Below are positions 45,754-55,463 of a DNA stretch of 64,000 nucleotides, one piece after another; position 1 is the first letter of the stretch; each line of letters opens with the position of its first letter. The stretch is from contig CBDEWE010000003.1 in the NCBI GenBank assembly GCA_965243855.1, positions 827,698 to 891,697 on the forward strand, written 5' to 3'. Source of the DNA: an uncultured Candidatus Binatia bacterium. GTDB taxonomy: Bacteria > Desulfobacterota > Binatia > Bin18. The notes beneath the pieces were generated by a model that saw only the letters and a program-made list of their open reading frames with translations, was not told the origin of the DNA and ran no database searches. The position numbers were made by a program, and so were the translations under genes.

Positions 45754-46830
45754 ATGAAAGCCGGAGTCTTTATGATGCCCTCACATCCACCTGAAAGAGA
45801 CCTCTACGAGGGCCATGCGTGGGACTTGCAACACCTGGAGTTTGTCGATCGTGTCGGCTTTCACGAGGCATGGATAGGTGAGCACTTCACCGCTCCCTGG
45901 GAGCCCAACCCCGCCCCGGATTTGCTTATTGCCCAGGCACTCCTGCGCACCCAGCGTATAAAACTCTGTCCCGGTGCCCATCTCCTGCCGTACCATCATC
46001 CGGTTGAGCTGGCCCACCGGGTGGCTTTTCTGGATCATATGGCCCAGGGCCGTTTCATGCTGGGGGTCGGAACGAGTGGCCTGCCGAGCGACTGGAAGCT
46101 GTTCAATGTGGACGGTGCGGCCGGAGAAAATCGGCGTATGACGCTGGAAGCGCTCAATATCATGCTCCGGCTGTGGCAGAGCGAAGAACCGTTTGAGTAT
46201 CAGGGCGAATTCTGGTCGTTCAATCGGATTGATACCATGCTCGACTCCCTCAAGTTTCACCTCAAACCTTTCCAAAGCCCTCACCCGCCGATCGGTATCG
46301 CCGGCCTCACCCCAGGTTCGGATACCCTGAAATTCGCCGGTGAGAACGGCTTCCTGCCCCTCAGCATTGCGCTGAGCAACAGCTATCTCAACACCCATTG
46401 GCAGGCCGTGGTCGAGGGTGCCGAGCGGTCCGGTGTCACGCCGTCTCGGAGTGACTGGCGCATCTCGCGTGAGGTCTATATTGCCGAGACCGACCAGGAG
46501 GCGCGCGACCAGGCTCTGAACGGGATGCTGGGTCGGGTGTGGGGCGAGTATCTACTGCCGCTCTTCAAGTCGTTTGAGATGATGAGCTTGTTCAAGCACC
46601 ATCCCGAAGTCCCGGATTCAGACGTGACGCTGGAATATCTGGCCGACTATGTATGGCTGGTCGGATCACCACAAACCGTAACCCAAAAGCTGGGCGATAT
46701 GTACGAACAAACCGGTGGCTTCGGTTGCCTGCTGGCCCTGACCTTCGATCAGTCGGAAAACAACGAGGCCTGGGAAAACTCGCAGCGCATGCTGATTGAA
46801 GACGTGCTGCCCCACTTTGCAGATGCGTAA
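45754..46830 (+). CDS. LLM class flavin monooxygenase (diketocamphane/limonene monooxygenase-like)
   Basis: GFHEAWIGEHFTAPWEPNPAP, HLLPYHHP, LDHMAQGR. Confidence 0.85.
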   Translation: MKAGVFMMPSHPPERDLYEGHAWDLQHLEFVDRVGFHEAWIGEHFTAPWEPNPAPDLLIAQALLRTQRIKLCPGAHLLPYHHPVELAHRVAFLDHMAQGRFMLGVGTSGLPSDWKLFNVDGAAGENRRMTLEALNIMLRLWQSEEPFEYQGEFWSFNRIDTMLDSLKFHLKPFQSPHPPIGIAGLTPGSDTLKFAGENGFLPLSIALSNSYLNTHWQAVVEGAERSGVTPSRSDWRISREVYIAETDQEARDQALNGMLGRVWGEYLLPLFKSFEMMSLFKHHPEVPDSDVTLEYLADYVWLVGSPQTVTQKLGDMYEQTGGFGCLLALTFDQSENNEAWENSQRMLIEDVLPHFADA

Positions 46831-46833
46831 CTG

Positions 46834-47688
46834 ATGCTCACTGATTCGACCCCGACGATCGACTCGCAGGTCCATGCCTATGAACGTGACCGCCCGGAGC
46901 GGCCGTGGAAGAGGACCTTACCTGGTCCAGCCGAGGTCACGGGTGATGACATGGTGGCGGCGATGGATGCCGTTGGTGTTGACGGGGCCCTGTTGGTCTC
47001 GCCGTGGACCCTGTACCGTTTCGATGCGAGTTATGTGCTTGAAGTATATGCCAGGCATCCCGACCGGTTCGGCCTGATCAAACCGTTCGATCCCCGGATA
47101 GAAACCGTTGGCGACGAGATTGCCGAATGGGCGGCAACGCCGGGCGTGGTTGGGGCGCGCATCATGCTGATGGGTGACGCGACCGCCGACGATCCGGGGC
47201 TGAACCGGATATTGGCGGCTGGCGCACGGCACGATCTCCCGGTGAACGTGCTGTGTTGGGGCAAACTCCCGCTCTTGGGTGAACTGGCTCGCAGGAACCC
47301 GAACACCCAGGTAGTTGTGGATCACGTGGGCCTCTGGCAACCCTTCGAGCCTCCCGCTCCGCCAGAGCCCTTTGCCGATCTCGGCAAGGTCATCGCCCTG
47401 GCCGAGTACGACAATGTCGCCATCAAGATTTCCGGGGCGTGCACCCTGTCGCACGAGCCATTCCCCTACGCCGACATTTGGGAGCCCCTGGGACAGATCT
47501 TTGAAGCGTACGGCTTTGAGCGCTGCCTGTGGGGCACGGACTGGACCCGGGCAGTCGGGTTGCTGACCTACGAGCAAGGTGTCGAGGCGTTCCGGGTCAC
47601 CGACCAATTGTCCGACTCCGAGCGCGCCGCGCTCATGGGCGGCAGCCTCGCCCGCATCTATAACTGGTCACCCACGGCCACGGGCTGA
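46834..47688 (+). CDS. Amidohydrolase family 2 protein (lactonase-like)
   Basis: IDSQVH, VVDHVG, IKISG, LWGTDW. Confidence 0.85.
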   Translation: MLTDSTPTIDSQVHAYERDRPERPWKRTLPGPAEVTGDDMVAAMDAVGVDGALLVSPWTLYRFDASYVLEVYARHPDRFGLIKPFDPRIETVGDEIAEWAATPGVVGARIMLMGDATADDPGLNRILAAGARHDLPVNVLCWGKLPLLGELARRNPNTQVVVDHVGLWQPFEPPAPPEPFADLGKVIALAEYDNVAIKISGACTLSHEPFPYADIWEPLGQIFEAYGFERCLWGTDWTRAVGLLTYEQGVEAFRVTDQLSDSERAALMGGSLARIYNWSPTATG

Positions 47689-47740
47689 TCAGTCCCATCA
47701 CGCATGCTCTGAAAAACCATTCCAAAGAAAAGGAGAAGAT

Positions 47741-48595
47741 ATGGCAGAAAACAGTACGTACACACCGCCGAAAGTCTGGCAGTGGGACAAAGAAAGTGGG
47801 GGGCGTTTTGCAAACATCAACAGACCTGTCGCAGGCGCGACGCACGACAAAGAACTGCCTGTAGGTGAACACGACCTACAGCTCTATTCGCTTGCCACGC
47901 CCAATGGCGTCAAGGTGACCGTCCTGCTGGAGGAACTCCTTGAACTTGGCATCAAGGAGGCCGAGTACGATGCCTACCTCATCAACATCGGTGAGGGTGA
48001 TCAATTCAGCAGCGGCTTTGTGGCCATTAACCCCAACTCTAAAATCCCGGCGCTGCTTGACCGTAGCACCAACCCACCGACCCGCGTCTTTGAGTCAGGT
48101 GCCATGCTCGTCTATCTGGCGGAAAAATTCGGTGCCTTTCTGCCGACCGAGCCGTCAGCCCGCGCAGAATGTCTGTCGTGGCTGTTCTTTCAGATGGGCA
48201 GTGCTCCCTACATAGGCGGCGGATTTGGGCATTTTTATGCCTACGCGCCGGAAAAGTTCGAGTACCCCATCAATCGCTACGCCATGGAGACGAAACGCCT
48301 CCTCGATGTGTTGAATCGTCATCTCAGCGACCGGCCGTATTTGTGTGGTGACGAGTACACCATCGCGGATATAGCGAACTACGCCTGGTACGGTGCTTTA
48401 GTCGGACAAAATATCTATGAAGCCGCTGAGTTTCTTGATGTTCAATCGTACACGCATGTGATCCGATGGACGCAAGAAATTGAAGCCCGGCCCGCCGTCC
48501 AACGCGGCCGCCGCGTGAACAAATCCTGGGGACCAGAGGAAGAGCGGCTCATCGAACGACACAGTGCCAGCGATTTCGATGCGCCGGCTAGCTAA
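47741..48595 (+). CDS. yghU: Glutathione-dependent disulfide oxidoreductase (nu-class GST)
   Basis: YTPPKVW, FANINRPVAGATH, QLYSLATPNGVKV, NPNSKIPAL, ERHSASDF. Confidence 0.9.
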   Translation: MAENSTYTPPKVWQWDKESGGRFANINRPVAGATHDKELPVGEHDLQLYSLATPNGVKVTVLLEELLELGIKEAEYDAYLINIGEGDQFSSGFVAINPNSKIPALLDRSTNPPTRVFESGAMLVYLAEKFGAFLPTEPSARAECLSWLFFQMGSAPYIGGGFGHFYAYAPEKFEYPINRYAMETKRLLDVLNRHLSDRPYLCGDEYTIADIANYAWYGALVGQNIYEAAEFLDVQSYTHVIRWTQEIEARPAVQRGRRVNKSWGPEEERLIERHSASDFDAPAS

Positions 48596-48604
48596 GCGGA
48601 TATA

Positions 48605-48639
48605 CCCCGACCCCTCTCCCTGAGTGAGAGGGAACTCGG
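48605..48639. repeat. Palindromic intergenic element (REP-like or terminator)
   Basis: ccccga-cccctctc..gagaggg-aac-tcgggg. Confidence 0.4.
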
Positions 48640-48878
48640 GGCAGCCCTCAAAGATTGTTTGAAAATTCACTCTGAAGCTAAAGCCCGTACGAAAACGCCC
48701 TAACCTAGGCGCCCGAAGCAGCCAGATTCGGTGTGATACGGCGATAGAGGGAAGCGGCAACGATTCGAGAAACATTAATGCCCAAGATGAGGGCTAGGTT
48801 CTCTTGACTTCTGCGAAGCACAGGGCGCATAAAAAGCAAAGAGTTTCCGGTAAGGCCCGAAAAGAAGCAGGAGGTCGC

Positions 48879-49997
48879 ATGTCTCGCATCTTTACCTGCA
48901 CATGGTCTCCCACTACCCTGGCTGTGCCACAGCTGCTCAAAGGGCAAGAGCGATCGTTAGACGTGGTGACACCTAACCTTCAGGGGGCTGCCTTAGGTGA
49001 GCAGCTCATCTCCCAGGTGCGAAACGCCGAGGCGCTGGGTATCGATTATCTCCTGTGTGGACAACGCTGGTGGGGCAGCGGCCAAGAGATCGAAGGCTCC
49101 ACCTACGACTGCATGGCGATGACGGCCTTCTATGCCGCCCAGACTGAACGTATCCATTTTGTCACGGCGATCCATCCTGGTTTTTTCCTGCCCGCCCCGA
49201 TTGCCAAATGGGGCGCGACCATCGATCGCCTGAGTGGGGGGCGATGGTCCATCAACGTGACCTCAGGCTGGCATCTGGCAGAATTCGGTATGTACGGGGC
49301 GCAACTCCTGGAGCATGATGAACGGTATGCGCGGTCGCGTGAATTTATTGAGATTCTGCGGGGGGCGTGGGCTCAAGAGGAGTTCAGCTACAAGGGGCGG
49401 TTCTATCAGGTAGAGGGGCTGCGGTTGGAACCGCGGCCGATAGCGCCGCAGCTCGAAGTGTTTCAAGGCGGACAGTCGCCAGCGGCGATGGAGATGGCCG
49501 CGCAGCATTCGGATTGGATGTTTCTGAACGGCGGTCCGCTGGAGAAGATCCGGCGGATTATCGAGTCCGTGCGAGCACGGACGGCCAGAACCGGCCGGCA
49601 GGTACGGTTTGTCCTGTATGCGATTCCGGTGTGTCGGGAGACGGATGCTGAAGCCGAGGAAGAGGTCGCGGCAATGGTCGAAGCCATCGACGAGGCAATG
49701 ATAGCGCGACGGAAGGTCTCTGTGGGCGGCGCCCAAGGAATGTGGTCGTCGGCTGACGACAAGCTCACGTTGCTCGATACCAACGAGGGCTATGCCAGTC
49801 GCTTGATTGGGAGTCCCCAAACGATTTTGCAGCGTATGCTCGCATTCCATCACCTGGGCGTGGACTGTTTCCATCTCACCCTCGACGATGAGCGCTTCAA
49901 TCGAGAGGTTTTGCCTCTGCTGCGTGCGCTTGACCATGCCCACCAGGAGGCGCCCGCGCTAGGAGAACCTCAGAGGACGGTCCAGGCTGGTCTCTAA
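48879..49997 (+). CDS. LLM class monooxygenase (SsuD/SfnG-like)
   Basis: TAIHPG..AKWGATIDRLSGGRWSINVTSGW..EHDERYARSREF, FQGGQS. Confidence 0.85.
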   Translation: MSRIFTCTWSPTTLAVPQLLKGQERSLDVVTPNLQGAALGEQLISQVRNAEALGIDYLLCGQRWWGSGQEIEGSTYDCMAMTAFYAAQTERIHFVTAIHPGFFLPAPIAKWGATIDRLSGGRWSINVTSGWHLAEFGMYGAQLLEHDERYARSREFIEILRGAWAQEEFSYKGRFYQVEGLRLEPRPIAPQLEVFQGGQSPAAMEMAAQHSDWMFLNGGPLEKIRRIIESVRARTARTGRQVRFVLYAIPVCRETDAEAEEEVAAMVEAIDEAMIARRKVSVGGAQGMWSSADDKLTLLDTNEGYASRLIGSPQTILQRMLAFHHLGVDCFHLTLDDERFNREVLPLLRALDHAHQEAPALGEPQRTVQAGL

Positions 49998-50031
49998 GAG
50001 TGCGCCCAGCGCGGAATTTACAGACAGTCTC

Positions 50032-50225
50032 TCAAGTCAGCGAACCCAAAAAATCGACCGTACGCTCGAATACATCAGCTTCGGCCTGAAAGACAAAGCC
50101 ACACAAATCCGTCACGCCGAGGTCTTCGAGCCGTTTGATGTCTGCGGAAACCGTTGCAGCATCCTTTAGGAAAAAACTTCTCTCGTAGTCAGCCCACCAC
50201 ACCAGGGCGGAAGGGATAGTATCGT
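50032..50225 (-). pseudogene. Probable C-terminal remnant of an LLM-type oxidoreductase
   Basis: FFLKDAATVSADIKRLEDLGVTDLCGFVF resembles LLM C-termini; no credible start. Confidence 0.35.
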
Positions 50226-50332
50226 ACCTTCCAGAGATGCTACGCCTAGGGAAACCGCTGCATTTTTTTACCATAGCGCCTGTCGAGGCCCTTTCTGCCC
50301 GACCGGGCCGACGTTCAAAGGAGGAGAGACGC

Positions 50333-51166
50333 ATGAGTACGAAGACTGACGAACGACCGAACGCACGAGAGAGGGAACAACGCCTGGGGTTTGTGGGCCG
50401 ACCGCGGTTCGAGGACTACCAGGAGAAATACGCCACATACTTTAACATGGAGCGCCGTGACGGCATCCTTCAGGTGCACATGCACACCGAGGGAGGCCCC
50501 GTTATTTACGGCCTGCCGATTCACAACGCCTGGTCCCAGCTGTGGCTCGACATCGGCAACGACCCCGACAATGAGGTGCTGATCTTCAGCGGCACGGGGG
50601 ATAAGTGGATTGCTGGGTTTGATCCGGAAATGTCCAAACTGCCCTTCCATGAGATGTCCGCAGACGTGTTCTACGATCAGATCTACGCGGACGCGACCAA
50701 GCTGCTGGAGGCATTCATCTTCAATATCGATATTCCCACGATTGCCTGCATCAACGGCTCAGGTTTGCACACGGAATTCGCCCTGCTATGCGACATTACA
50801 CTGTGCGCGGAGCACGCGGAGCTGTTCGATCCGCACTTCAAGTTTAACCTGGTGCCTGGGGACGGCCAGGGGTTGACGTTCCAAGAGTTGATGGGGCTGA
50901 AGCGCGCCGCGTATTTTCTGTACACCAGCGATACGATCGACGCGCAGACGGCCAAGGAACTGGGCTTGGTCAACGAGGTACTGCCACTCGACGATTTACA
51001 ACCACGGGCATGGGAGATTGCCGAAAAGATTATGCAGAAGCCGCGTGCGATCCGGCGTATGACGAGTGCGGTGCTGCGGCGACAGTGGAAGCAGCGGCTG
51101 GTGCAGGATCTGGGGTTCCATATCGCGCATGAGCTGCTCGGCATGCATCTCAACAAACCGGAGTAG
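50333..51166 (+). CDS. Crotonase superfamily protein, 6-oxocamphor hydrolase (CamK)-like
   Basis: FEDYQEKY, HTEGG, IHNA, LHTE, DPHF..VPGDG, IAHE match the beta-diketone hydrolase pattern. Confidence 0.8.
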   Translation: MSTKTDERPNAREREQRLGFVGRPRFEDYQEKYATYFNMERRDGILQVHMHTEGGPVIYGLPIHNAWSQLWLDIGNDPDNEVLIFSGTGDKWIAGFDPEMSKLPFHEMSADVFYDQIYADATKLLEAFIFNIDIPTIACINGSGLHTEFALLCDITLCAEHAELFDPHFKFNLVPGDGQGLTFQELMGLKRAAYFLYTSDTIDAQTAKELGLVNEVLPLDDLQPRAWEIAEKIMQKPRAIRRMTSAVLRRQWKQRLVQDLGFHIAHELLGMHLNKPE

Positions 51167-51198
51167 CCCACGCAACTCAGGTCCTGGGGAGGACCGGT

Positions 51199-52071
51199 AT
51201 GCAGCGAGGGCACAGAAGTGTCACGGCAGAATTTTCAGCTGTCTTACGTGCCATCCATATGGTTCTGGATCCGAGACCAAGTATCTTCGTCGATCATGTT
51301 GCGCAGCCGCTGCTGAAGCTCGATCGGCAGGTGTTAGAAACGGCTCTGCAGGAACAGCAGGCAACCGCGGCACAATATGGCGACCCGCAGTACGCTGTGC
51401 GGGTCGCTGCAAGTTTACGAATGTTCACCGTCCTGCGCTCGCGTTTCACCAGCGATAAATTTTTCGAGAGCGGCCTCAAACAGATTGTGTTGCTTGGAGC
51501 CGGCTTGGACCTATCCCTTGCCTTCGAGACAAACGTTCCGGTCTTTGCCGTGGATCATCCTGACACGTCGAGATGGACCCGCAGCCTTTTTGCTGATGCT
51601 GGTTTGCCGATTGTTAACAATCTACACTTCGTCGAGATAGACTTTGCCGAAGGACCGGATTTGCTGTTAGCCACGCTTGCGGAGCACGGGTTTCAGCGGA
51701 GAAACCCCGCTTTCTTTGTCTGGCTTGGCGTCCAGCCCTACCTCACGATTGAACACGTACTTGAGACAGCTCGTATCGTGGGGAGCTGTCCAGCCGGGAC
51801 GCAACTCGCCACCGACTTTCTGACGCCGGATACAAGCTGGAGTGGTCTCGGCGAGCGCGCAGGAAAGCTGCTGCAGGACTCGCCGCACCGTCAACTAGAA
51901 CCGTTCAGGAGCTATTCGGATCCCGCAGAACTCAAGAAGCAGTTATTGTCATGCGGCTTTACAACAGCACGAAGCGTCGAAGCAGAAGAGGCAGACGCTC
52001 TGTACTGTAGTGAACGGACCGATGCGCTCAGTTACCCCAATTGCGCCGCGATGATGCTTGCTCAGGTATAA
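51199..52071 (+). CDS. Class I SAM-dependent methyltransferase (LCM/TIGR00027-like)
   Basis: TA..RA.H, RSRF, QIVLLGAGLD, VDHPDT, WLGVQPYL. Confidence 0.85.
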   Translation: MQRGHRSVTAEFSAVLRAIHMVLDPRPSIFVDHVAQPLLKLDRQVLETALQEQQATAAQYGDPQYAVRVAASLRMFTVLRSRFTSDKFFESGLKQIVLLGAGLDLSLAFETNVPVFAVDHPDTSRWTRSLFADAGLPIVNNLHFVEIDFAEGPDLLLATLAEHGFQRRNPAFFVWLGVQPYLTIEHVLETARIVGSCPAGTQLATDFLTPDTSWSGLGERAGKLLQDSPHRQLEPFRSYSDPAELKKQLLSCGFTTARSVEAEEADALYCSERTDALSYPNCAAMMLAQV

Positions 52072-52114
52072 TAATCGACCTCAGACCAATGACTCGCCGA
52101 TTACCCAGTCTAGG

Positions 52115-53332
52115 TCATGTCTGGGAAATCCAGTGTGGCTCAATCACTGGAGTAACGCGGAGTTCGGATGGAATATTCTCGACCCCGATGATCTCATCGA
52201 CAGCTTGATGCCAGTGATACAGGCGTGCTTCTTGATAGTTCAGCGGTACCCCACCAAAAGCGTAGGACTCGACTCCCTTCTGAATGCCGTTACCGAACTG
52301 CGTATCCTCTCCAACAATCATATTGAAATAGTCAATATACGTATCCCAGCTGCGCGGTTTGGGAGCCTCGCCCCAATCCTCTCCAAACCACCACAGCTCC
52401 AGCGTTGTAGTGTTGATGCTAGTGGGCCAGAAGGCAAAGATCGGCAGCCCCTTTTCGTTCATGGGTGAGACGAGATTGGGCACGATATTAAACGACACAA
52501 TACAGGTTCGTGGTATTTCACCAACAGTTTCAATATCCGGCCGGTCATCATCGATCTCGGCAGTCTCCGTATGGTTCTGCACCTTGAGGGGGGCGATCAT
52601 ACGCCCATGTCCACCCGGGTAGAGCGTATTCACATTTCCGCGATGATCCAACATAGGTGAAACGGTTTGCGGATGAATCGAGCGGACATGATAGACTTCC
52701 ATGTTGGATTCCATAGCGATCTTCCAGTTGCAGTTCAGGTTAAAGGAGTCTTTGTGTACAAAACGTAAGCGGTCGAACTGAAACTGCCCCCACTGTGGGA
52801 GCAGCGGCGCAAACTCTTGTGTCATCGGGCGGGCGTCTGGGTCGAAGTTCGCGAACAGGAACTTCCCAAGGCGTTCGAGACGGACGGGATACAGGGACCG
52901 ACAGGAAAGATCGAGATCGACAAAATCGCGCTTATCGCGAAGACTGATCAGTTCGCCGTCGTGATTATAGGTCCAGCCATGATACCCACAGGTGAGACGG
53001 TCGGCTTTGCCTGTGGTCTCCCGGACGAGCGGTGCCCCTCGGTGGCGGCAGGTATTGTAATACGCCCGGACTTCGCCGGTGCGCGTATGGAGAATAACAA
53101 CCGGCTGCCCTGCCGTTCCCCACAGCTTAAAACAGCCCGGCTCTGGTATTTCATCCATATGTCCGGCAAACAGCCACGATTTGCGCCACAGCTGCTGCTT
53201 TTCCAAGTCATAAAAACGTTGATCAGTGTAGCGTTTGCCCGGCAGGTCCGGGAATTGCGGGAAGCCTTCCGGCGGGCCTTTACGGTCGGTTTCGTAATTG
53301 ATCTGAGTACGGATTGATTGGGGATCTTCCAT
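52115..53332 (-). CDS. Rieske non-heme iron oxygenase alpha subunit
   Basis: NTCRHRG..CGYHGW; NWKIAMESNMEVYHVRSIH; ED. Confidence 0.9.
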   Translation of the reverse strand: MEDPQSIRTQINYETDRKGPPEGFPQFPDLPGKRYTDQRFYDLEKQQLWRKSWLFAGHMDEIPEPGCFKLWGTAGQPVVILHTRTGEVRAYYNTCRHRGAPLVRETTGKADRLTCGYHGWTYNHDGELISLRDKRDFVDLDLSCRSLYPVRLERLGKFLFANFDPDARPMTQEFAPLLPQWGQFQFDRLRFVHKDSFNLNCNWKIAMESNMEVYHVRSIHPQTVSPMLDHRGNVNTLYPGGHGRMIAPLKVQNHTETAEIDDDRPDIETVGEIPRTCIVSFNIVPNLVSPMNEKGLPIFAFWPTSINTTTLELWWFGEDWGEAPKPRSWDTYIDYFNMIVGEDTQFGNGIQKGVESYAFGGVPLNYQEARLYHWHQAVDEIIGVENIPSELRVTPVIEPHWISQT

Positions 53333-53356
53333 GGCGCCTCTCTATGAGATGCTCCT

Positions 53357-53515
53357 TCAATACAGAATCACACTGCGCGCCACTTCGCCCTTCTCCAGCC
53401 AGTCAAACGCGGTGTTGATATCTTCCAGGGTGATCCGCCGTGACACGAGCGCATCAATCTGGATCTCTTCGACTATCAGGGGCGCATTGTGCTCGTAAAA
53501 GACGGCGGCTTTCAT
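53357..53515 (-). pseudogene. Zn-dependent alcohol dehydrogenase reduced to 52 aa by an in-frame internal deletion
   Basis: Manual translation MKAAVFYEHNAPLIVEEIQ-IDALVSRRITLEDINTAFDWLEKGEVARSVILY, i.e. the extreme N- and C-termini of an MDR ADH. Confidence 0.8.
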
Positions 53516-53551
53516 GGGCTGGCCCTCTTTGAAAAGCTAGCCTTTTCGGAT

Positions 53552-54142
53552 TTACAGGCTGCCTTTTGTGGATAGGACACCCTGAACCCGTGGGTCATGC
53601 TCGACCGCGCTGCTGAGCGCCCGGGCAAAAGCCTTGAAGCCAGCCTCGATAATGTGGTGAGGGTTCCGGCCCTGGGCCATATTCAGGTGCAGGTTCATGC
53701 CGACCTGATTCGTCAGGGCCAGAAAAAAGTCGTGGATCAGTTCTGTTGAAAAGTTTCCCACCCTTTCCTGCCGAATCTCCAGATTGTAGGCCAGAAACGG
53801 CCGCCCACTCAGGTCAACTACACACGAGACCAGGGCCTCATCCAGCGGCACGCTGGCCTCACCGAAGCGGCGAATACCGTGTTTGTCGTCCAAGGCTTCC
53901 CGGAGCGCTTGGCCGAGTGCCAGACCGACATCTTCGACCGTATGATGGTCGTCCACCGCAATATCGCCGCTCGCCTGCACACTGAGATCAAAAAAGCCGT
54001 GCCGGGCAAACAGTTCCAGCATATGGTCAAGAAAGGGAACCCCGGTCGAGACCTCGTACTTCCCTTCGCCTTCGAGTTGGACGCTCAGACGGATATCGGT
54101 TTCATTGGTCTTTCGCTGGACATCAGCTTTGCGTGCGGCCAT
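53552..54142 (-). CDS. hisB: Imidazoleglycerol-phosphate dehydratase
   Basis: RKTNETDI, FLDHML, DDHHTVED, PLDEAL, NPHHIIEAGFKA. Confidence 0.97.
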   Translation of the reverse strand: MAARKADVQRKTNETDIRLSVQLEGEGKYEVSTGVPFLDHMLELFARHGFFDLSVQASGDIAVDDHHTVEDVGLALGQALREALDDKHGIRRFGEASVPLDEALVSCVVDLSGRPFLAYNLEIRQERVGNFSTELIHDFFLALTNQVGMNLHLNMAQGRNPHHIIEAGFKAFARALSSAVEHDPRVQGVLSTKGSL

Positions 54143-55463
54143 GCCTGCCTCCGTCTAAACGATATTGCACGGCTCGGGCGTGGGCCTCAAGTCCCTCAAG
54201 CTCGGCCAGCCGGACCACTTCGGGACCCAGGCTGGACAGGGCCTGCGACGACGCCCGTATCACGCTGGTGCGTTTCAAGAAGTCGTATACGCCCAGAGGA
54301 GAGGAAAACCGAGCCGTCCCGCCGGTCGGCAGCACGTGATTGGGCCCGGCGATATAATCGCCAAACGGTTCGGTCGAAAGATGCCCCAGAAAAATCGCTC
54401 CGGTGTGCCGAATATCCTTGACCCAGGTCTGCGGGTCTTTGACGGCCAGTTCCAGATGTTCAGGGGCAATCGCATTGGCCAGTTCCACGACCTCTTGACG
54501 ATGTCGGGCGAGAATAATCGCGCCGAAGCGCCGTAAGGAGGCCGCCGCGATGGTACGCCGGGGAAGCCGGGCAAGCTGTTCGGTGAGTTCTTGGACCACT
54601 GCCTGTCCCAGGCGCCGGGATGTTGTCAGACACAATGGGGCGGCCAGGGTGTCATGTTCCGCCTGGGAGAGCATATCGGCCGCAATATAGTCGGGCCTGG
54701 CGGTTTGGTCGGCGATCACCAGAATCTCGCTCGGCCCGGCAATCATGTCGATATCAACCCGGCCAAAGACGAGCCGTTTGGCTGTGGCAACATAGATATT
54801 GCCCGGTCCGACGATTTTATCGACGCGCGGAATCGTCCGGGTACCGTACGCCAGGGCGGCCACGGCCTGAGCTCCGCCGATCCGAAAAAAGGCGTCTGCG
54901 CCCGCAATGTGGGCCGCAGCCAGCAGGGCGGGATTGTCTCCTTCAGGCGACGGCGGGGAGACCACGATAACTTTTTTGACACCGGCAACCTTCGCCGGGA
55001 TCACATTCATAAGCACAGAGGACGGATAGGCTGCGGTTCCACCGGGAACATACACTCCGACCCGTTCAAGCGGAGCTATTTTCTGACCCAGAGTGACTCC
55101 AAGCGCGTCACGGTAGGTCCAGGATGACTGGCGCTGCTTGCGGTGAAAGCGGCGGATACGTTGGGCTGCGGCGCGTAGCGCTTTTCTGATGGGTGGGGCG
55201 AGGCTCTTGAGCGCGTGTTCCATCTCGGCCTGGGTCGCACCCAACTCATGAGGCGAGAATGAGACCTGATCGAATTTTTTGGTGAGGGCTATAAGCGCTC
55301 GATCGCCGCGTTTGTGAACATCGTGCAAAATAGAGCGGACTGCGGCTTCAACCTGGGTACTGGCGTTCTCGCCCCGCGACAGCAGTTTGTCCAGGTGCCG
55401 CTGGCAAGCCGCATCCGTTGTAGAGAGCAGCGGAACCAGGGCTTTTGTTGCGGAGCGTGTCAT
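54123..55463 (-). CDS. hisD: Histidinol dehydrogenase
   Basis: GVYVPGG, GGAQAVAALAYGT, IDMIAGPSE, LSQAEHD, APEHLE, GPNHVLPT. Confidence 0.97.
   Translation of the reverse strand: MTRSATKALVPLLSTTDAACQRHLDKLLSRGENASTQVEAAVRSILHDVHKRGDRALIALTKKFDQVSFSPHELGATQAEMEHALKSLAPPIRKALRAAAQRIRRFHRKQRQSSWTYRDALGVTLGQKIAPLERVGVYVPGGTAAYPSSVLMNVIPAKVAGVKKVIVVSPPSPEGDNPALLAAAHIAGADAFFRIGGAQAVAALAYGTRTIPRVDKIVGPGNIYVATAKRLVFGRVDIDMIAGPSEILVIADQTARPDYIAADMLSQAEHDTLAAPLCLTTSRRLGQAVVQELTEQLARLPRRTIAAASLRRFGAIILARHRQEVVELANAIAPEHLELAVKDPQTWVKDIRHTGAIFLGHLSTEPFGDYIAGPNHVLPTGGTARFSSPLGVYDFLKRTSVIRASSQALSSLGPEVVRLAELEGLEAHARAVQYRLDGGRHGRTQS

Noticed and set aside
48645-48800. MITE remnant upstream of the SsuD-like gene
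   Set aside because: agattgtttgaaaattca looks like an element end, but no inverted partner or second copy was found in the window.
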